DNA of 47,982 nucleotides from positions 1 to 47,982 of the forward strand of contig FLMG01003637.1 in NCBI GenBank assembly GCA_900088475.1. Direction: 5' to 3'. Each line of letters opens with the position of its first letter. Position 1 is the stretch's first letter. Source of the stretch: Hyphochytrium catenoides (lineage: Eukaryota; Protista; Hyphochytriomycota). Made by a program: the position numbers and the translations under genes. The notes beneath the pieces are model-generated. The model did not search any database. It saw nothing but the letters and a program-made list of their open reading frames with translations, and was not told the DNA's origin. Shown here one piece after another: positions 1-10,224 of this stretch.

Positions 1-569
1 CCTCTCTCTCGCTCCTTCTCTCTCTCGCGCACTTCCTTCTCTTAGTCCATTCCTCGCTTTTCTCAACCTTTCTGCTCATCAATAATCCTCTTCAGGTTCC
101 CTCCTCGTCTCCATGGCTTTTCTCTCCTCTTTGTTCGCTCTTCTGCCGGTTGAAGTCGCCATAAACCGCACATCAGCGGTAAGCCAGAGCCACAGGCATC
201 TATTGGCAACGGAAGGCAGGAAGAAGGAGAGACAGAGCTCCAGAAAGAGTGAACAATACCTAGAGAAGAGAGGCCGGCCATTGCACAGACATAGAGAGGG
301 AGAAGCGACATCTGCATAACGCTAGAAAGAAGCAGAGCAGCCCGACGGAGCTCCAGAACGTTCATCCTTGCGCTGATGCACCTGCCGTCTCTGCTCTGTG
401 TGCCGCTCCCCTAACAAACTAGTAGTCCTGTTCTCCTAGGGAGTTGTCGAGGTGAAGCTTTAGCCGTTGGGAACAGCTGGAGAGAAAGAAGGAGGACAAG
501 ATAAAGAAGAAAGACAGAGCAGAGAGAGAGAAGAGAGCCTTAGACAGGAGAAAGGAGAAGGCCGCAACC

Positions 570-3500
570 ATGCCGGCACTAGAGATCAGTGCTAGTCAGC
601 AGTCCCCAAGCAAGGGCCGATCTCCGGCAAAGAGCATCTCAAAGGAGAATGCCCAACAGATCAGAGAACGAGAGAGCGCCAAGGCTGAGCTCTGCAAGCG
701 TATCCAAAAGCTTCTGAGAGTCAAGCCAGAGACCGCCGCTACCATCTCCACTGCTATGGTGAGGCAGGCGTCGCAGCCTGGAAAGCTAGCTGAGCTACCG
801 GTGAGTCGGGGCAGAGGAGAGAGGGACAAAAGAAAAGAAAGGAAAGAAGAGGAATGACATGACTGAGGAAGGAGAGAGGTAGAGATAAAGAGCTAGGGGC
901 AGAAAGAGAGAGGAAGGAAGAGAGACGGAAAGATCCAGAAATAGGAGCTATAAAGGAAAGCAACACATCAATCGGGAGACAGAGAAAGACCACGAGAGAC
1001 AGAGAACAGCAGAGACAGAGGGTGAAGAGGATGTCAGTGTTGCTGAAGATCGCTGCTGCGCTTCTCAGGACGAGGACCTGAGAAACTTGGTGAAGGGACT
1101 TCAAGAGAAGATGGAGCTCGACAGACAGCAAAGAAAGAGAGCAGAACAGGAGGCAGATACAGGGATGAAAGAGGAGAGAGGAGAGATACTGGCTTCGACA
1201 CCTGTGAAGAAAGAGGTCGTCAAAGTCTCTATCCCGTCTCCGTACACCTCTCAGACGCACCTCGCCATGGCACAGTCGGCGAGTGTCATCTCAGGGGGCA
1301 AGCCCGTACCTCTGTTGCCAATGGCGAGCCCAAGCAAGAAGGATAAGCACGACATCTGGACTGAGATCGTGGAGTTTCAGACCCAAGAGGAGCAGCAGGA
1401 GAAGGTGAAGTCTACGGCCTTTGGCGCTGTTTCTTCTCCTTATCTTCGTTGGACTCTATAGTGCATTTCCGTCCGTGCCATCGTGAGCTCCCTTCTACCA
1501 GCGCTCCTGCAGGCGCAGGGCCTCGTATGAGCAGAGGTTCTGACTGATTGTGAAAGCTAACGCATCTCTCCCTGTCCCTCTGTCTCCATCTTTCTCTCTA
1601 TGTTGGTCTCCCTCTCTCGTGCGTTATCGTTTACATTCTCCGCTTTGTCTGTGTCTATATCTGTCTTCTCGGCTGATGTCGGCGTCCTGAAGGCGATCGA
1701 GAAGGTCCATAGCAGCCAGCGGACTCAAGAATGGACAGGGATGCTGAAGGAGCAGATTGACTATAAGAAGGAGGTGGCCAACAAGCTGCAGAAGGAAAGC
1801 ACAGAGCATTATCTGAAGACAATGGAAGACATTCAGCGATGGAAGGAAGCTGAGAAGAAGAAGCAGCTGTCACAGAAAGAGAAGGTGGGACCACTAGGAG
1901 AGGGTTGGATTTTCTCGTATAAGTACTTCCCTACCCGTCCAGTCTATCTCTGTCTTTCTCTCCCCACCTCTTTGTCTTTCTTTCTCTCTCTCTCTCTTTC
2001 TCGTTGACATTGCTCTCTCTCTCTCTCTCTCTCTCTCTTTTATGTTCCCTGAACTTCTTTCCAGCTCTTTCACCGTGATATCAATGTCTTTCCCTTTCAG
2101 TCTTTGTCCTATGAGGGCGTCTGTTTCTCTGCGTCCGTCTCTCAACCTCTTGCCTCCAATCTCCACGCCTCTCCCCTGTGAGTGGGAGGATCCTTGTGGC
2201 TGACACGAAATGCTGCTTCCCATTCCCATTCTAGATTGAACATCAGAAGTCCATTCAGGAGATGCAGATGGCAGCAAAGAAGGCTGCGCGGAAGCAGGAT
2301 GAAGACGTGCGCCAGCTAGAGCAGGAAATGATGCTGGAGAGAATCAAACATCAGGACGAGGAGGAGGCAAGGAGACAGGAAGCGCGAAAGCAGGAGGAGA
2401 TCCTCAGACAGAAGAAGATTAAGCAGGATGTAAGCTGACGAGCCGGTCCTTATTTGCTCTTTTTCTCCCCTGTCTGAATCCTCTATGGTCAAAGCCTTGG
2501 CTAGCATCTCACTATCTGCGGGCCTCCCTCTGGTCGTGGGTTGATCATAAGCCACGCCGAGCGCTAACGTTTCCTATGGTCAACAGAACGACGAACAGCA
2601 GCGCATTATTAGGCAGGCGAGGCAGAAGGAGCAGGAGGAGGAGCAGAGGCTAGCTAAGGAGCACGCCGAGCTGGAAGAGAGGAAGGAGAAAGAAAGACAG
2701 AAGGCAATTGAAGGTATGGCAGTCTCTAAGAGCCAGAAGAGCGTCACTGCTTTAGGGATAGGGGCCAGTGCTTACATCTCTCTCCTCTCCTCTCGCCCAT
2801 AATAGATTTGTCTAGGAAGATACAGAGCAAGATGAAGTTCTTCACCGACACGAGCAAGGCAGAAATGGATGCGAAGATGAAGGAGGAGGAGGAGCGGTGT
2901 TTGCGTTATCAGACGGTAGGTGGAACTTGCTCTCTTTCTCGCTTGATGTCGCCATTCTCTCTCTCTTTCTTTCCCTTTCCCCTCTTTCCATCGGTCCATA
3001 TGTCGAGTCAAAGCTTACATGTGATGCCTACTTGTTTAGGATCGGGAAAGGAAGTTAGAGCAGGACGAGATGCTGAAGAAGGAGGGGCTACGAAGGCAGA
3101 ATGAAGAAGTGAAGAAAGACCTTCAGCTCATGATCCAAGCGGTAGGACGCGCAATGATATGCATTTTATACGCTTTTACTCTCTCTCTCCCTCTCTTCAA
3201 AAGGCACCTAGTATGCATCTCTCATCACTCTCTTCTCCTTGTAAATGTAGCGAAAAAAAGCGGCACAGGACGAGCGTGAGCACTATCAGCAGCAGGCAGA
3301 GATCTGGAAGCAAGATACTACGCAGTTCTTCAAGGAAGAAAAAGCAAAGAAAGACGCCGTAAGGAAACAGAGACTGGCAGAGAAAGAGATTTTGGAGCGC
3401 CAGATCGAAGAGAATGTCCAGAAGAAGCTTAACGTTGGTAAGGCAGATAGCTGTCTTCGGACAATGAGGTTCCGTTAGCTCCCGGACAGCAAGGGATTGA

Positions 3501-3894
3501 CCGTAATCTTTTCTCTTCATGTCCCGCAGACCAGTCAAGCTTAGAGTTAGAGCTGAATAAAAGCCTGCTTGTCAAGATCCATCAAGCCAAAGAGAAGACG
3601 GGGACCGGGGTAGCCCAGAAGATTAGGAAGCGATCAGAAGAGGTGAGTCTCAGGGTCTGGGCAACCATCTTATCATAAGAATGCAAGCCATCTTATCTCA
3701 GCGGCACATTTGCCTCTCTCGGTCTCTCTCTCTCTCTCTTCGCGTCGCCCTCTTCCACTTTTATCACCTTTCTTGGCCTCAAACACTAATTCCTCCTGGA
3801 TGTGTCTACCCTTCAGGTCTCTAAGCAGCAGGAAGTCGATCTTCAGAAGAAGTCAAACAGCCTGACAGGGCCAAAGAGCAGACAGAAGCTGTGA
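570..3894 (+). CDS. Highly charged coiled-coil protein, trichohyalin-plectin-homology-like; probable cilia/flagella-associated protein (~10 exons)
   Basis: Exons join in frame through GT-AG junctions: 570-800, 1069-1403, 1693-1884, then about 2234-2429, 2587-2713, 2805-2915, 3040-3141, 3251-3437, 3530-3642 and 3817-3894 (ends ...GPKSRQKL*). The product is E/K/Q/R-rich coiled coil with a C-terminal 'LELELNKSLL' motif. The family assignment is inferred from composition only. Confidence 0.6.
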
Positions 3895-4077
3895 CTTAGG
3901 CCACGTGTCACACCGCATGTCATCCCTAAATGGACGTCCACTCTATAAATAGCAAACAAAGCTGCGTCCTCGAAAGGTCCCTTTCCGGCTAATTCTCTTT
4001 AATCTTTCGGGCGAAAGCCCTTTGCCGTCCTTCTATAGACGTAGCAGCACCTCCCGCTGCCAGCAGCAGCTGTGCCG

Positions 4078-5157
4078 TCAGATCCGGCGCTTGACTTCAA
4101 ACGTATTGACGATGGCATAGATCTGATATGCCCCAAGCGCCACCAGCACCAGCGCCTCAGCCAGCGACCACCACATAACACGCTCCCTAGTGCTCTCATC
4201 CGCTAGAAGAATAGCAGGGTTAGAGCTTGGGCAAGGGCCACCATAGGACATCCCAAAAAGTGCGGGTGGTGTGAGAAAGCGAAAGAAAATAGTCTGGAGG
4301 GAGAGAAAGAGCCAAGATAGTGCGCTGAGACCAAGTAGAAGTGAGGTTTATGACGACGCAAAGAAGATTGAAAAGAGCTAGGGGAGCCGACAATGTGAAG
4401 ATCGGATGGGAGAAGAGAGAGAGAGAGACAAACCAAGACAGGGGGCAGGAGACAGGGCAAGAGAGACAGGACGAGAGGAGCGAGGAACGGAGCCCGTCGT
4501 ACTCGCACGGTGGACAGCCTGTCGTGCTTTCATGTACGTCTGCCTGTCCTTTAACGTGTCCAGCGAGTCTGACAGCTGGTAAAAGAGATGCTCAACCTTG
4601 GACACCATTTCTGCAGACGGAGAGACAGAATCCACCAACGGCCCAAGAGCAAGAGTTACGACAAGAGCTTTTTCTGCTTGCGAGGACATTGACAGGGAGT
4701 GCGCACCTATCTTGGCGACATTTTTGTTGTTGGCAGGAGCGTCCAGATCCGAGTCGTGGCCATGGAAGGTGAACCCAATATTCTTCGCACCGCCAGCTAT
4801 CGTGTTGTGCAGGCAAAGCGAGTATACGCCAGGCCCTTGCGCCGGGAGCACCCAGTTGCCCGAGCCGCCAGTGCTACGTTCCAGGAGCGCGCCGTTGGGT
4901 CCTATCACCTAGATCATGATGTCGTTAGTGCATGGAAAATTGATATCTAATGGAGGCCTCTGAGTTCTTACATCAACGGCCACGTTCCCTCCTCCAAACA
5001 CTTCATAGCTGACGTCTATCTCTTCCTCCCACTCATACAACTGCTCCATGACGCACTCTGAGCTGGACCCAGGGACTGTCATTATCAATGCCCAGGCACA
5101 TGGCCAGGAGCAAAGTGCAACAATACACAGCACGGCCAACCAACGTGAAGGCACCAT
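4078..5157 (-). CDS. p24/emp24/gp25L (TMED) GOLD-domain ER-Golgi cargo receptor, p24-beta-like
   Basis: Signal peptide MVPSRWLAVLCIVALCSWPCAWA. GOLD domain with two Cys (SSECVMEQ...GVYSLCLHN), coiled coil (QTYMKARQAVHR), TM segment 'RVMWWSLAEALVLVALGAYQIYAI' and cytosolic tail 'FEVKRRI*' with TGA at 4080-4078. Four exons with GT-AG introns; intron 1 has a CACTAAC branch site. Confidence 0.93.
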
Positions 5158-5530
5158 CTTCCTCTTCAGCTAGTGGGCACCTCTCCTAGCTGATGACGCT
5201 CGCACGATCAAGGGCCAACAAAGCATACAGAGTAGAGATGCTGCGGTAGTAAGTAGAGAGGAGAGCTTCACACGACTGAGAGCCCTTCCTCCTGCCAACA
5301 GGGCTGCGAAGCTGAGGATGATGTCGCTACCCGCTGACAAAATAACGATCTTGCCGTGGAAGATTAAACAAACAAACATTTATGGCTCTCTCTGACAGCG
5401 AGACCTTTGCCCTTTGCCCTCCTTGCTGCTCTGGTATTATAGCTTTCGAACACACGTCTATCAATCCCAGGGGAGGTCTGGAGTACGTAGTACTCCGTAC
5501 ATTTACTACGATTAGCGCCGGCTGTTATTA

Positions 5531-6466
5531 CCGTCTTCCTCCGAAAATAGGATTGAATCTTTTTTTCAGCTAGAGTCTTCTATTTTCCCCAATCCTATTC
5601 ATGGTCAACAATATTTTTCCCCAATCCTATGTTCGGCAGTCCATACATTACTGATAAGGGAGCTAATATCCATAATAAAGGTTATCCTATTCAAAATGAA
5701 GGCCCTCACCCACTCTCTCGCAATCTCGAAAGGATGTTGAGGCTCTCCCATCATTGTCCTCGATTCTCTCTATTGATCGATGAATGATCGTCCTCCTCTC
5801 TCCGCGCTGCATCGAAGCATCGAAGACAGTCGTCAGAGTTCATGCAGCTTTCAGTTTTGAAGTCCTTAAAGGCAATAAGCAAGGCTGGTACGATTACTAA
5901 CAGCTTCTTCATTCACAGTTGCTGTTGTACACCACTACTAACATGATGAGTCCAGCTAATTAACATTGTAGAAGAAGGCACTACTAACATGATGAGTCCA
6001 GCTAATTATGCAGCATTCAACCTCTGCCGTCATACTACTTTGTTCCTCCTTACTGCTGCTGCATAACAATGCCATCGATATCATCATCACCAGCTAAGAT
6101 CAACATCAAGATTCACTAGAGGGCTGAGCAAGAGAAGAATAATTTCTTGTGATCACTGGTGTTTGGCGAGCGATGATTGAAGTCAAGCCAATCTGCTGCC
6201 TCCATCGATCCTTCGGTCTGAAAAACAATATGGTAGTTCTATGCAGCAGCATTAGTAACGGGTGACGTGGGCATCATTTCATTGCTTGCAATGGAGCTTT
6301 CCTCTCGGCCGAAAGTAAGATTATAATCTTATAATTGGTCAGAGCTTCATCACTTTCCCCAGTCTTATGTATGGATGGCCCATTTTTTCCCTAATCTTAT
6401 TCATAGTTTGGAACAATTTTTCCCCAATCTTATTCAAGGGTGAATCCTATTTTCGGAGGAAGACGG
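5531..6466. mobile_element. Non-autonomous Tc1/mariner-superfamily (pogo/Tc2-like) DNA transposon or MITE, 936 bp
   Basis: Perfect 24-bp TIRs CCGTCTTCCTCCGAAAATAGGATT (5531-5554) and AATCCTATTTTCGGAGGAAGACGG (6443-6466), flanked by TA at 5529-5530 and 6467-6468. A TA TSD with CCGT ends is typical of pogo/Tc2-type elements. No transposase ORF inside. Confidence 0.88.
5933..6008 (+). repeat. Exact 30-bp direct repeat with a 16-bp spacer inside the MITE
   Basis: CACTACTAACATGATGAGTCCAGCTAATTA occurs at 5933-5962 and 5979-6008. Confidence 0.9.
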
Positions 6467-6468
6467 TA

Positions 6469-7172
6469 GATTATGGGACCCCAGTTGGGCTTATAAGTAG
6501 AGCACTCTCATCTAGTGACATTGTCCAATCATCCCATATAATCCAACAACTCAGTCTGCCATTGAACGACGTCGAACAACCGCCCAGACTCTAAACCACT
6601 TGCTGCTCAATGACGAGTACAATCCCGAGTACGAGACCTCTGACGAACTCATCCTTACCGACGATGACAGCGAAGGAGAAGAGCAAGATAACGAAGAGCA
6701 AATCAGAGATGAGTTTCTGCAGCTTTCTCAGCACCTCAGTGCCTAACTATATTTTTATAATGGTAAAAACGGAACACCACTGCATTTTATCGGTATCTAC
6801 CCCACTGATCCAGCCTGGATTACCCCCCTACCATGGGCGAGCCCGCGGCGAGCCACCCGTATCTTAACACAGTATAACAGGGAAACTGAAGGCTTGGGAG
6901 CTTACGTCACCCTGTGAGACTCCTCAGGCGACGTTTGGTCCACACCCACTGCTGGTGACTGGTGCTTCCCATCTCTTGCGGAGCTGCTTGAGTGACTATT
7001 ACATGTATAATAATGACAGCACACAGGAAAGCGGGGTTCATGGTTCATCCGCTCCACATGGCTGTTCTACGCAGCAAAGACCAGCATCTGTGGGATTCTT
7101 ATATGGGTGATGATTGGACAATGTCATTAGGTAAGAGTGGTCCTTTTATAACCAAACTGGGGTACCACGATC
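6469..7172. mobile_element. Second, more degenerate inverted-repeat element (MITE-like, ~704 bp) with ~75-bp TIRs and TA on both sides
   Basis: 6467-6540 aligns with the reverse complement of 7100-7174 at about 80% by hand alignment, including an exact 18-mer TGACATTGTCCAATCATC. TA lies at 6467-6468 and 7173-7174. No recognisable coding content. Confidence 0.72.
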
Positions 7173-10100
7173 TATCTACGAGTACTCTCTGGGACTATGC
7201 ACGTATGCTAATAAACCCTGATAATAAGACCTGCTAAGATTCAGCCATGACGATTTTCACATCTGAAAACAGTCAGTCCCTAAAATGTCCCAAGTTTCTG
7301 CCCATAAGCCATATGTACAAACAGGGACAGTCCGGTTGTCTTGTACGGAGTATATCGGCATGTATCGCCTTATACTAACAGTTTGGAGCCGGAACTTGGG
7401 TAGCTGGGCTTGGCAGCTTGTTGCTCTCTGCATAGCTGGGTCAGACTCCCCACCTCCCGCAGCTCCAAGTACCTTGTTGTTGAGTGAAGGGTTGAAGTTG
7501 TACGTGTAACACCTCCCCGCAGGCTGTATAACCCCGCTAGAGATTACTTCATTCTTACACGCAGCGTTTGTTGTGAAGCAGTCTGTGTTGAGAGCTGAAG
7601 CTGACAAAGCTCTGAGAAAGCTCTCAGTTCCAGACTCTACCTCACAAGAGGGAGAAGACACAAAACAAAGTGTTTTGAGAGTTCTAGTAACTAGGCTTTT
7701 ATCACAAGGTAAGTCAAATGGGAAGTGAAGAGGAGACAGTAACTAGGTCATGTAGATAATACAAGACACAGTTACTGATTAGAACAAACTAGTCAACTTG
7801 ATGACTAGGAAAACTAGGTCCCATAAGCTGCTCTTCATACTCATTCTGTCTACATTAGTAGACCACATAACTTATATAAGTGTGCCTTCAAAATCCCAAA
7901 CATTATAACAGTGTGCAATCAAATTTCTTCAAACTAGAGAGCCTGCCTTTGTCCTTTCACATTACAATCAGTCACCTATAAGTCCTAGGAGCCTTTTCAG
8001 TTTATTCACACGAGGTCATAGGACCGTATATGAGTGATGAGCAGAGAAGGGCAGCCACCGACGTCTAAGATTGCTATCGTCTCCTCTTCCTCCATCCATC
8101 ATCTGCTACTGAATCTTATTTCATCTTATGTGGACTGGCTGTTGTTGTCCTTCTAGCTAGGTATGAAGCTCATGAAGAAGGAATGAGCTAATTGATCGTC
8201 TCCCAATCATTTCTTATTATACTTTCTGGTTGTTGTCCAGCTTTGTGAAGTCCTTAGTTAAAGGAGGCGAGGGGATTCTGGGCTAGCAGCCAGTAGTAGC
8301 TCTTGCCTTCAATCGTCAAGGTGGTAGAGCAGTTCCATTGCAGCCACGTAATTTTCGCCTGGCTCAACCTCCGGAACGGAGACTGGCATTGATGCTGCGC
8401 TGAACAGTGATCTTGTGCGATGAACACTGCCTTTATTTCCTGATGCCATGCCAACCCAAAGGTAGTAGCTATTATGGCCTAGCTAAAGGAAGAGATGAAC
8501 AGTCACCACCTCCACAGGGGTTGTGGGCATAACCTAGCCCGATGAGGAAAAAAAATTTAGAATCTTTTGATGCCTTAGACGGCTCCTCTTAGAAGCCAAA
8601 GTTAGCGGAAGACAGCCAAGGGAGTTGACGACGATACTACTAGAAGAGTAACTATCTAGGGCTTCTATAGATCGCACCACCGCCCTGTACGCGCTCGTGC
8701 CTTCTTAGTGCGCAGCGTGGCGCAGACTGTACGGGCCTAGCCTGATATATCTCAATGTCCTCCTTAGTTCATCTTCGTCCAACCACTACTATGAAGAGAA
8801 TGGTGAACGGATAACGGAAAGATAGTTCCTGACGACCTCGTTCGGTCCTTTTCTTTCCTCCTAGTAGTTAGCGACTCTTCGCTGCATCATTCTAATCGAA
8901 TGGTGCTATCAGAAATATGCTGACTTGTTAACTCTCTTTTTATAAAAAATGTAGTTACCCGATGATCCTGCGTAGGATGTTTGGTAACAAGTTATTATTC
9001 ATCATCGGGAAGCAGAAGAGGGTGCTTGAGAAGCATCCGAACTATATTATAGCTGGCACTGGTAAATGAAACTCCGTAGATACTCACCGACGAAAAAGAA
9101 GATCCAAATACATTGATTGATAGTTCTCGGGCAAAATGGAGGACGAAGAGAGGAGAAGAAGGATGACAATAGTGTTGTTAGCAAAATCCCCGTCTTTGGA
9201 TCTTCTGATTCTCTGTTAGTGAAGTAACAGTCACTCCTGCTCTACTATGATAGGAACAGTTATTCTGCAAGATCGCCGGCACCCCAATTGGTGAACATTA
9301 TCCATCTTCCCTCCGTTGCAGCCGGCAGGGCTTCATTGTTGTTGCTTTTTATTTACTGACCATCATCCTTTGTCAACACCGCAGTATCACTATGCAGAGC
9401 AGCAACAGAATTTGAGTGTTTCTGGAAGGGAATGATGAAGCGCTAGAGTCTCTACGCCCTTTCTTTGAATCCTTAGTTTTTGTCGTTCTTTCGAGTTCTT
9501 TTGAAGCTTTAGTACTTCATCATCATTAATATTAACAACAACAAAAGTAGTAAATCGCCTTACTATTCTTGACAACAACAAGGCGGCCGCTCTGGCGCAG
9601 CGGGGAGCTTGAACTGATTGGGAGGTCGATGAGTGAGCCCCTCTATCTCCAGGGCTTGTAAGCATGTAACACAGTTCATCCTCCTCCAATCTGTTGTCTC
9701 CCTTCTAATAACCATCTTCCTGCAGCAGATCGCCAGCAGCAGCAGCTCCCTTCCTCCTCCTCCTCCTCCTCCCGCACCACTACCTTCTTCCTCGTTCCTC
9801 CTCCTCCTCCTCGCTCCTCCTTGGCCTCCTTCCTCCTCTTCTCATGTCAAAATCCGCCCAGGTATACCGTTAACGTCTATCGGAGGGGACGGCTAGATGT
9901 GTACAGGGCGTGGCAGCGTACAACGAACATTGTCAGCCGGGATTCTCGGTTCTGATTCCTCCCTCACCTCCTCCCTCCTCGCCTCTCCTCTCCTCCCGCC
10001 CTCTTCTGGGACGGGGAGATCGTCATCAGCTCGGGTTGGCGGACTGCACGGCTGGAGGATGCTTACAACGGATCTCCTCCTCCTCCTCCTCCTACCTGCA

Positions 10101-10224
10101 GCCCTCCTCCTCCTCCCTGCAGCCCTCCCTCCCGATAGAGAGCCTGGGACGACCAGGAAAGCGAAGAGTGCGCGAGTACACACAGACGAAGAAGAAGTCG
10201 AGGCAGCCGAGGAGGGAGAAAGAG

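Noticed and set aside
5933-6008. Repeat-spacer-repeat resembling a mini CRISPR array
   Set aside because: Only two units with a 16-bp spacer, no cas genes, and a eukaryotic context inside a MITE.
5491-7352. 11-bp inverted match TACTCCGTACA (5491-5501) / TGTACGGAGTA (7342-7352) that could bound an outer TA-flanked element enclosing both MITEs
   Set aside because: The match does not extend, and a few 11-bp inverted matches are expected by chance in a region of several kb.
6367-8454. Short ORFs at 6367-6594, 6610-6867, 6992-7237, 7257-7661 and 8254-8454 as transposase or retroelement remnants
   Set aside because: No DDE, HTH, RT or integrase motifs are recognisable, and several ORFs cross element boundaries.
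9910-10224. In-frame open extension upstream of the M20 ATG
   Set aside because: It starts at a non-ATG codon and translates CCT/CT low-complexity sequence; most likely 5' UTR.
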